This document shows, in pieces, positions 53,201-64,000 of a stretch of DNA of 64,000 nucleotides; the first letter of the stretch is position 1; each line of letters starts with the position of its first letter. Source of the stretch: Paragordius varius (taxonomy: Eukaryota; Animalia; Nematomorpha); the NCBI GenBank assembly GCA_964247055.1, contig OZ176056.1, forward strand, positions 8,990,001 through 9,054,000, in the 5' to 3' direction. The position numbers and the translations under genes are program-made. The notes below the pieces were generated by a model, which was given only the letters and a program-made list of their open reading frames with translations, had not been told where the DNA came from and did no database searches.

Positions 53201-56200
53201 CAAAAAATTATTTTTGTGGACTTTTTTTTTTTTGAAAAAGGTGTCATTTTACGGGGGAGCGTGTAAAAAGAGGGACTAAGTTCAAAAAACGATACGACTA
53301 TGTTCAGCGCGACCGAAAATAAGCAAAAATTATATTTGAAATTGGATGGTCCAACACGTTCTCCGGAAAATTGTCTAAAAGACACGATTTTTGTGGACGT
53401 CTTTTTTCAAAAAAACCCATTTTTCACACGGGGTGGGCCCGAACTGGGGGCCTATTTCAAAAAACGGGTGAAGCTATTGTCGGGGTATTCATTCAAGATT
53501 ATATTTTTTCGATGTTTGGATTTGAATGGGTCTACCGGTTTTCCTGTAGCAGATCATAAAGCCAGCATTTTCCATTTTTATAAATATATAGATTACTATA
53601 AATAATGTTTTATTATCCATATATCTTTTAACATCCTATACATATGATAGATACTCCTTATCAGCAGCTATCATCAAAGAAACGGTGGACTAAAATTTTT
53701 GCCTTTTAACAGGGAATACGTGGAATCCACATTGAATTTTTACGGTCTCATACCTTAGGCAAAAAATCGATTAAAAAAATATTTTTGTGGACTTTGTTTT
53801 TTTGAAAAAGGTGGCATTTTACGGGGGGAGCGGGTAAAAAGAGGCCCTAAATCAAAAAAGTGAGTCGACTATGTTCGGCGCAATCGAAATTAACTAAATA
53901 AAAATCATATTTGAAATTGAATGGTCCAACACGTTCTCCGGAAAATTCTCTCAAAGACACGATTTTTGTGGACGTCTTTTTTCAAAAAAACCCATTTTTC
54001 ACATGGGGTTGGCCCGAACTGGGGGTCTATTTCAAAAAACGGGCGAAGCTATTGTCGGGGCATTCATTCAAGATTATATTTTTTCGATATTTGGATTTTA
54101 ATGGGTCTACCGGTTTTCCTGTAGCAGATCACAAAGCCAGCATTTTCCATTTTTATAAATATAGATTACTATAAATAATGTTTTATTATCCATATATCTT
54201 TCAACATCCTATACATATGATAGATACTCCTTACTCAGCAGCTATCGTCAAAGAAACGCTTGACTAAAATTTTTGCCTTTTAAAAGGGAATACTAAAAAT
54301 CCTTATCGAATTTTTACAGTCTCATACCTTGGGCAGAAAAACAATCAAAAAATTATTTTTGTGGACTTTTTTTTTTTGAAAAAGGTGTCATTTTACGGGG
54401 GAGCGTGTAAAAAGAGGGACTAAGTTCAAAAAACGATACGACTATGTTCAGCGCGACCGAAAATAAGCAAAAATTATATTTGAAATTGGATGGTCCAACA
54501 CGTTCTCCGGAAAATTGTCTAAAAGACACGATTTTTGTGGACGTCTTTTTTCAAAAAAACCCATTTTTCACACGGGGTGGGCCCGAACTGGGGGCCTATT
54601 TCAAAAAACGGGTGAAGCTATTGTCGGGGTATTCATTCAAGATTATATTTTTTCGATGTTTGGATTTGAATGGGTCTACCGGTTTTCCTGTAGCAGATCA
54701 TAAAGCCAGCATTTTCCATTTTTATAAATATATAGATTACTATAAATAATGTTTTATTATCCATATATCTTTTAACATCCTATACATATGATAGATACTC
54801 CTTATCAGCAGCTATCATCAAAGAAACGGTGGACTAAAATTTTTGCCTTTTAACAGGGAATATGTGGAATCCATATTGAATTTTTACGGTCTCATAGCTT
54901 AGGCAAAAAATCGATTAAAAAAATATTTTTGTGCACTTTGTTTTTTTTTGAAAAAGGTGGCATTTTACGGGGGGAGCGGGTAAAAAGAGGCCCTAAATCA
55001 AAAAAGTGAGTCGACTATGTTCGGCGCGATCGAAAATAAGCAAAAATTATATTTGAAATTGGATGGTCCAACACGTTCTCCGGAAAATTGTCTCAAAGAC
55101 ACGATTTTTGTGGACGTCTGTTTTCAAAAAAAACCCATTTTTCACATGGGGTTGGCCCGAACTGGGGGTCTATTTCAAAAAACGGGCGAAGCTATTGTCG
55201 GGGCATTCATTCAAGATTATATTTTTTCGATGTTTGGATTTAAATAGGTCTACCGGTTTTCCTGTATCAGATCACAAAGCCAGCATTTTCCATTTTTATA
55301 AATATAGATTACTATAAATAATGTTTTTTTATCCATATATCTTTCAACATCCTATACATATGATAGATACTCCTTACTCAGCAGCTATCGTCAAAGAAAC
55401 GCTTGACTAAAATTTTTGCCTTTTAAGAGGGAATACTAAAAATCGTTACCGAATTTTTACAGTCACATACCTTGGGCAGAAAAACAATCAAAAAATTATT
55501 TTTGTGGACTTTGTTTTTTTTTGAAAAAGGTGGCATTTTACGGGGGGAGCGGGTAAAAAGAGGGACTAAGTTAAAAAAGCGAGACGACTATGTTCGGCGC
55601 AATCGAAATTAACTAAATAAAAATCATATTTGAAATTGAATGGTCCAACACTTTCTCCGGAAAATTCTCTCAAAGACACGATTTTTGTGGACGTCTGTTT
55701 TCAAAAAAAACCATTTTTCACATGGGGTGGGCCCGAACTGGGGGCCTATTTCAAAAAACGGGTGAAGCTATTGTCGGGGCATTCATTCAAGATTATATTT
55801 TTTGGATTTGAATGGGTCTACCGGATTTCCTGTAGCAGATCACAAAGCCAGCATTTTCCATTTTTATAAATATATAGATTACCATAAATAATGTTTTTTT
55901 ATCCATATATCTTTTAACATCCTATACATATGATAGATACTCCTTACTCAGCAGCTATCATCAAAGAAACGGTGGACTAAAGTTTTGGCCTTTTAACAGG
56001 GAATACGTGGAATCCATATTGAATTTTTACGGTCTCATACCTTAGGCAAAAAATCGATTAAAAAAATATTTTTGTGGACTTTGTTCTTTGAAAAAGGTGG
56101 CATTTTACGGGGGGAGCGGGTAAAAAGAGGCCCTAAATCAAAAAAGTGAATCGACTATGTTCAGCGCGATCGAAAATAAGCAAAAATTATATTTGAAATT

Positions 56201-59200
56201 GGATGGTCCAACACGTTCTCCGGAAAATTCTCTCAAAGACACGATTTTTGTGGGCGTCTGTTTTCAAAAAAAACCGTTTTTCACACGGAGTGAGCCCGAA
56301 CTGGGGGCCTATTTTAAAAAACGGGCGAAGCTATTGTCGGGGCATTCATTCAAGATTATATTTTTTCGATGTTTGGATTTGAATGGGTCTACCATTTTTC
56401 CTGTAGCAGATCACAAAGCCAGCATTTTCCATTTTTATAAATATATAGATTTCTATAAATAATGTTTTATTATCCATATATCTTTTAACATCCTATACAT
56501 ATGATAGATACTCCTTACTCAGCAGCTATCATCAAAGAAACGGTGGACTAAAATTTTTGCCTTTTAACAGGGAATACGTGGAATCCACATTGAATTTTTA
56601 CGGTCTCATACCTTAGGCAAAAAATCGATTAAAAAAATATTTTTGTGGACTTTGTTTTTTTGAAAAAGGTGGCATTTTACGGGGGGAGCGGGTAAAAAGA
56701 GGCCCTAAATCAAAAAAGTGAGTCGACTATGTTCGGCGCAATCGAAATTAACTAAATAAAAATCATATTTGAAATTGAATGGTCCAACACGTTCTCCGGA
56801 AAATTCTCTCAAAGACACGATTTTTGTGGACGTCTTTTTTCAAAAAAACCCATTTTTCACATGGGGTTGGCCCGAACTGGGGGTCTATTTCAAAAAACGG
56901 GCGAAGCTATTGTCGGGGCATTCATTCAAGATTATATTTTTCCGATGTTTGGATTTAAATAGGTCTACCGGTTTTCCTGTAGCAGATCACAAAGCCAGCA
57001 TTTTCCATTTTTATAAATATATAGATTACTATAAATAATGTTTTGTTATCCATATATCTTTTAACATCCTATACATATGATAGATACTCCTTACTCAGCA
57101 GCTATCGTCAAAGAAACGCTTGACTAAAATTTTTGCCTTTTAAGAGGGAATACTAAAAATCGTTACCGAATTTTTACAGTCACATACCTTGGGCAGAAAA
57201 ACAATCAAAAAATTATTTTTGTGGACTTTGTTTTTTTTTGAAAAAGGTGGCATTTTACGGGGGGAGCGGGTAAAAAGAGGGACTAAGTTAAAAAAGCGAG
57301 ACGACTATGTTCGGCGCAATCGAAATTAACTAAATAAAAATCATATTTGAAATTGAATGGTCCAACACTTTCTCCGGAAAATTCTCTCAAAGACACGATT
57401 TTTGTGGACGTCTGTTTTCAAAAAAAACCATTTTTCACATGGGGTGGGCCCGAACTGGGGGCCTATTTCAAAAAACGGGTGAAGCTATTGTCGGGGCATT
57501 CATTCAAGATTATATTTTTTGGATTTGAATGGGTCTACCGGATTTCCTGTAGCAGATCACAAAGCCAGCATTTTCCATTTTTATAAATATATAGATTACC
57601 ATAAATAATGTTTTTTTATCCATATATCTTTTAACATCCTATACATATGATAGATACTCCTTACTCAGCAGCTATCATCAAAGAAACGGTGGACTAAAGT
57701 TTTGGCCTTTTAACAGGGAATACGTGGAATCCATATTGAATTTTTACGGTCTCATACCTTAGGCAAAAAATCGATTAAAAAAATATTTTTGTGGACTTTG
57801 TTCTTTGAAAAAGGTGGCATTTTACGGGGGGAGCGGGTAAAAAGAGGCCCTAAATCAAAAAAGTGAATCGACTATGTTCAGCGCGATCGAAAATAAGCAA
57901 AAATTATATTTGAAATTGGATGGTCCAACACGTTCTCCGGAAAATTCTCTCAAAGACACGATTTTTGTGGGCGTCTGTTTTCAAAAAAAACCGTTTTTCA
58001 CACGGAGTGAGCCCGAACTGGGGGCCTATTTTAAAAAACGGGCGAAGCTATTGTCGGGGCATTCATTCAAGATTATATTTTTTCGATGTTTGGATTTGAA
58101 TGGGTCTACCATTTTTCCTGTAGCAGATCACAAAGCCAGCATTTTCCATTTTTATAAATATATAGATTTCTATAAATAATGTTTTATTATCCATATATCT
58201 TTTAACATCCTATACATATGATAGATACTCCTTACTCAGCAGCTATCATCAAAGAAACGGTCGACTAAAATTTTTGCCTTTTAACAGGGAATACGTGGAA
58301 TCCACATTGAATTTTTACGGTCTCATACCTTAGGCAAAAAATCGATTAAAACAATATTTTTGTGGACTTTGTTTTTTTTGAAAAAGGTGGCATTTTACGG
58401 GGGGAGCGGGTAAAAAGAGAGACTAAGTTAAAAAAGCGAGACGACTATGTTCGGCGCAATCGAAAATAACTAAATAAAAATCATATTTGAAATTGAATGG
58501 TCCAACACGTTCTCCGGAAAATTGTCTCAAAGACACGATTTTTGTGGACGTCTGTTTTCAAAAACACACCCATTTTTCACACGGGGTGGGCCCGAACTGG
58601 GGGCCTATTTCAAAAAAACGGGCGAAGCTATTGACGGGGCATTCATTCAAGATTATATTTTTTCGATGTTTGTATTTGAATGGGTCTACCGGTTTTCCTG
58701 TAGCAGATCACAAAGCCAGCATTTTCCATTTTTATAAATATATAGATTTCTATAAATAATGTTTTATTATCCATATATCTTTTAACATCCTATACATATG
58801 ATAGATACTCCTTACTCAGCAGCTATCGTCAAAGAAACGCTTGACTAAAATTTTTGCCTTTTAAGAAGGAATACTAAAAATCCTTATCGAATTTTTACAG
58901 TCTCATACCTTGGGCAGAAAAACAATCAAAAAATTATTTTTGTGGACTTTGTTTTTTTTTGAAAAAGATGGCATTTTACGGGGGGAGCGGGTAAAAAGAG
59001 GGACTAAGTTAAAAAAGCGAGACGACTATGTTCGGCGCAATCGAAAATAACTAAATAAAAATCATATTTGAAATTGAATGGTCCAACACGTTCTCCGGAA
59101 AATTCTCTCAAAGACACGATTTTTGTGGGCGTCTGTTTTCAAAAAAAACCGTTTTTCACACGGAGTGAGCCCGAACTGGGGGCCTATTTCAAAAAACGGG

Positions 59201-62200
59201 CGAAGCTATTGTCGGGGCATTCATTCAAGATTATATTTTTTCGATATTTGGATTTGAATGGGTCTACCGGTTTTCCTGTAGCAGATCACAAAGCCAACAT
59301 TTTCCATTTTTATAAATATATAGATTTCTATAAATAATGTTTTATTATCCATATATCTTTTAACATCCTATACATATGATAGATACTCCTTACTCAGCAG
59401 CTATCGTCAAAGAAACGCTTGACTAAAATTTTTGCCTTTTAAGAAGGAATACTAAAAATCCTTATCGAATTTTTACAGTCTCATACCTTGGGCAGAAAAA
59501 CAATCAAAAAATTATTTTTGTGGACTTGATTTTTTTTGAAAAAGGTGGCATTTTACGGGGGGAGCGGGTAAAAAGAGGCCCTAAATCAAAAAAGTGAGTC
59601 GACTATGTTCGGCGCAATCGAAATTAACTAAATAAAAATCATATTTGAAATTGAATGGTCCAACACGTTCTCCGGAAAATTCTCTCAAAGACACGATTTT
59701 TGTGGACGTCTTTTTTCAAAAAAACCCATTTTTCACATGGGGTTGGCCCGAACTGGGGGTCTATTTCAAAAAACGGGCGAAGCTATTGTCGGGGCATTCA
59801 TTCAAGATTATATTTTTCCGATGTTTGGATTTAAATAGGTCTACCGGTTTTCCTGTAGCAGATCACAAAGCCAGCATTTTCCATTTTTATAAATATATAG
59901 ATTACTATAAATAATGTTTTGTTATCCATATATCTTTTAACATCCTATACATATGATAGATACTCCTTACTCAGCAGCTATCGTCAAAGAAACGCTTGAC
60001 TAAAATTTTTGCCTTTTAAGAGGGAATACTAAAAATCGTTACCGAATTTTTACAGTCACATACCTTGGGCAGAAAAACAATCAAAAAATTATTTTTGTGG
60101 ACTTTGTTTTTTTTTGAAAAAGGTGGCATTTTACGGGGGGAGCGGGTAAAAAGAGGGACTAAGTTAAAAAAGCGAGACGACTATGTTCGGCGCAATCGAA
60201 ATTAACTAAATAAAAATCATATTTGAAATTGAATGGTCCAACACTTTCTCCGGAAAATTCTCTCAAAGACACGATTTTTGTGGACGTCTGTTTTCAAAAA
60301 AAACCATTTTTCACATGGGGTGGGCCCGAACTGGGGGCCTATTTCAAAAAACGGGTGAAGCTATTGTCGGGGCATTCATTCAAGATTATATTTTTTGGAT
60401 TTGAATGGGTCTACCGGATTTCCTGTAGCAGATCACAAAGCCAGCATTTTCCATTTTTATAAATATATAGATTACCATAAATAATGTTTTTTTATCCATA
60501 TATCTTTTAACATCCTATACATATGATAGATACTCCTTACTCAGCAGCTATCATCAAAGAAACGGTGGACTAAAGTTTTGGTCTTTTAACAGGGAATACG
60601 TGGAATCCATATTGAATTTTTACGGTCTCATACCTTAGGCAAAAAATCGATTAAAAAAATATTTTTGTGGACTTTGTTCTTTGAAAAAGGTGGCATTTTA
60701 CGGGGGGAGCGGGTAAAAAGAGGCCCTAAATCAAAAAAGTGAATCGACTATGTTCAGCGCGATCGAAAATAAGCAAAAATTATATTTGAAATTGGATGGT
60801 CCAACACGTTCTCCGGAAAATTCTCTCAAAGACACGATTTTTGTGGGCGTCTGTTTTCAAAAAAAACCGTTTTTCACACGGAGTGAGCCCGAACTGGGGG
60901 CCTATTTTAAAAAACGGGCGAAGCTATTGTCGGGGCATTCATTCAAGATTATATTTTTTCGATGTTTGGATTTGAATGGGTCTACCATTTTTCCTGTAGC
61001 AGATCACAAAGCCAGCATTTTCCATTTTTATAAATATATAGATTTCTATAAATAATGTTTTATTATCCATATATCTTTTAACATCCTATACATATGATAG
61101 ATACTCCTTACTCAGCAGCTATCATCAAAGAAACGGTCGACTAAAATTTTTGCCTTTTAACAGGGAATACGTGGAATCCACATTGAATTTTTACGGTCTC
61201 ATACCTTAGGCAAAAAATCGATTAAAACAATATTTTTGTGGACTTTGTTTTTTTTGAAAAAGGTGGCATTTTACGGGGGGAGCGGGTAAAAAGAGAGACT
61301 AAGTTAAAAAAGCGAGACGACTATGTTCGGCGCAATCGAAAATAACTAAATAAAAATCATATTTGAAATTGAATGGTCCAACACGTTCTCCGGAAAATTG
61401 TCTCAAAGACACGATTTTTGTGGACGTCTGTTTTCAAAAACACACCCATTTTTCACACGGGGTGGGCCCGAACTGGGGGCCTATTTCAAAAAAACGGGCG
61501 AAGCTATTGACGGGGCATTCATTCAAGATTATATTTTTTCGATGTTTGTATTTGAATGGGTCTACCGGTTTTCCTGTAGCAGATCACAAAGCCAGCATTT
61601 TCCATTTTTATAAATATATAGATTTCTATAAATAATGTTTTATTATCCATATATCTTTTAACATCCTATACATATGATAGATACTCCTTACTCAGCAGCT
61701 ATCGTCAAAGAAACGCTTGACTAAAATTTTTGCCTTTTAAGAAGGAATACTAAAAATCCTTATCGAATTTTTACAGTCTCATACCTTGGGCAGAAAAACA
61801 ATCAAAAAATTATTTTTGTGGACTTTGTTTTTTTTTGAAAAAGATGGCATTTTACGGGGGGAGCGGGTAAAAAGAGGGACTAAGTTAAAAAAGCGAGACG
61901 ACTATGTTCGGCGCAATCGAAAATAACTAAATAAAAATCATATTTGAAATTGAATGGTCCAACACGTTCTCCGGAAAATTCTCTCAAAGACACGATTTTT
62001 GTGGGCGTCTGTTTTCAAAAAAAACCGTTTTTCACACGGAGTGAGCCCGAACTGGGGGCCTATTTCAAAAAACGGGCGAAGCTATTGTCGGGGCATTCAT
62101 TCAAGATTATATTTTTTCGATATTTGGATTTGAATGGGTCTACCGGTTTTCCTGTAGCAGATCACAAAGCCAACATTTTCCATTTTTATAAATATATAGA

Positions 62201-64000
62201 TTTCTATAAATAATGTTTTATTATCCATATATCTTTTAACATCCTATACATATGATAGATACTCCTTACTCAGCAGCTATCGTCAAAGAAACGCTTGACT
62301 AAAATTTTTGCCTTTTAAGAAGGAATACTAAAAATCCTTATCGAATTTTTACAGTCTCATACCTTGGGCAGAAAAACAATCAAAAAATTATTTTTGTGGA
62401 CTTTGTTTTTTTTTTGAAAAAGATGGCATTTTACGGGGGGAGCGGGTAAAAAGAGGGACTAAGTTAAAAAAGCGAGACGACTATGTTCGGCGCAATCGAA
62501 AATAACTAAATAAAAATCATATTTGAAATTGAATGGTCCAACACGTTCTCCGGAAAATTCTCTCAAAGACACGATTTTTGTGGGCGTCTGTTTTCAAAAA
62601 AAACCGTTTTTCACACGGAGTGAGCCCGAACTGGGGGCCTATTTCAAAAAACGGGCGAAGCTATTGTCGGGGCATTCATTCAAGATTATATTTTTTCGAT
62701 ATTTGGATTTGAATGTGTCTACCGGTTTTCCTGTAGCAGATCACAAAGCCAGCATTTTCCATTTTTATAATTATAGATTACTATAAATAATGTTTTATTA
62801 TCCATATATTTTTCAACATCCTATACATATGATAGATACTCCTTACTCAGCAGCTATCGTCAAAGAAACGCTTGACTAAAATTTTTGCCTTTTAAGAAGG
62901 AATACTAAAAATACTTATCGTATTTACAGTCTCATACCTTGGGCAGAAAAACAATCAAAAAATTATTTTTGTGGACTTTGTTTTTTTTTTGAAAAAGGTG
63001 GCATTTTACGGGGGGAGCGGGTAAAAAGAGGGACTAAGTTAAAAAAGCGAGACGACTATGTTCGGCGCAATCGAAAATAACTAAATAAAAATCATATTTG
63101 AAATTGAATGGTCCAACACGTTCTCCGGAAAATTCTCTCAAAGACACGATTTTTGTGGACGTCTGTTTTCAAAAAAAAAACGTTTTTCACACGGAGTGAG
63201 CCCGAACTGGGGGCCTATTTCAAAAAACGGGCGAAGCTATTGTCGGGGCATTCATTCAAGATTATACTTTTTCGATATTTGGATTTGAATGGGTCTACCG
63301 GTTTTCCTGTAGCAGATCACAAAGCCAGCATTTTCCATTTTTATAAATATAGATTACTATAAATAATGTTTTATTATCCATATATTTTTCAACATCCTAT
63401 ACATATGATAGATACTCCTTACTCAGCAGCTATCGTCAAAGAAACGCTTGACTAATATTTTTGCCATTTAAGAAGGAATACTAAAAATCCTTATCGAATT
63501 TTTACAGTCTCATACCTTGGGCAGAAAAACAATCAAAAAATTATTTTTGTGGACTTTGTTTTTTTTTTGAAAAAGGTGGCATTTTGTGGGAGCGGGTAAA
63601 AAGAGGGACTAAGTTAAAAAAGCGAGACGACTATGTTTGGCGCAATCGAAAATAACTAAATAAAAATCATATTTGAAATTGAATGGTCCAACACGTTCTC
63701 CGGAAAATTGTCTCAAAGACACGATTTTTGTGGACGTCTGTTTTCAAAAACACACCCATTTTTCACACGGGGTAGGCCCGAACTGGTGGCCTATTTGAAA
63801 AACACGGGCGAAGCTATTGACGGGGCATTCATTCAAGATTATATTTTTTCGATGTTTGTATTTGAATGGATCTACCGGTTTTCCTGTAGCAGATCACAAA
63901 GCCAGCATTTTCCATTTTTATAAATATATAGATTTCTATAAATAATGTTTTATTATCCATATATCTTTTAACATCCTATACATATGATAGATACTCCTTA

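Larger units (their letters stand above)
11717..64000. repeat. Tandem satellite array, ~573-bp monomer, about 87 copies in the window, with higher-order repeat structure; continues past the right edge
   Basis: The same monomer (…GGGCCCGAACTGGGGGCCTATTTCAAAAAACGGGCGAAGC…CCTGTAGCAGATCACAAAGCCAGC…) recurs every ~570-578 bp. A 200-bp stub at 11717-11915 is separated from the rest by the hAT insertion. Confidence 0.98.

Noticed and set aside
14320-63923. More than 150 short ORFs in the ORF track
   Set aside because: They are translations of the same satellite monomer in shifting frames, with frequent indels, non-ATG starts and no recognisable domain.
11717-64000. CRISPR array or tandem RNA-gene cluster (5S, tRNA, snRNA, spliced leader)
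   Set aside because: There are no unique spacers and no cas genes. I considered an Sm-like AATTTTTG and donor-like GTGAGT/GTAAGG, but they are not jointly conserved or correctly ordered, and no 5S, tRNA or U-snRNA sequence is recognisable.

Overview
AT-rich eukaryotic nuclear DNA, probably from an invertebrate animal (inferred from the gene set), read with the standard genetic code and carrying spliceosomal introns. The first ~11.7 kb is gene-containing. It holds CIAO1 (minus strand, running off the left edge) head-to-head with mitochondrial aspartyl-tRNA synthetase DARS2 (plus), an orphan S28-peptidase exon relic, and a small ATP5MK/USMG5 gene that the ORF track missed because a 26-nt micro-intron splits it. 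The large DARS2 intron holds a full-length, TSD-flanked RTE-like non-LTR retrotransposon (APE-RT, with a PHD finger inserted after the RT core). The element starts exactly at a predicted compact HDV-like self-cleaving ribozyme (3315-3376) lying in the host gene's sense orientation. Its three frameshifts are all single-base homopolymer contractions, so it may be intact. From 11717 to the window end lies a ~573-bp satellite array (about 87 monomers, estimated from length). A decayed hAT transposon (13-bp TIR, 8-bp TSD) interrupts it near its edge, and it is organised into successive 2-, 4-, 13-, 3- and 5-monomer higher-order repeats, one carrying an internal inversion. All ORFs listed after 14.2 kb are satellite artefacts. 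Everything was read by eye; no database searches or folding programs were run.
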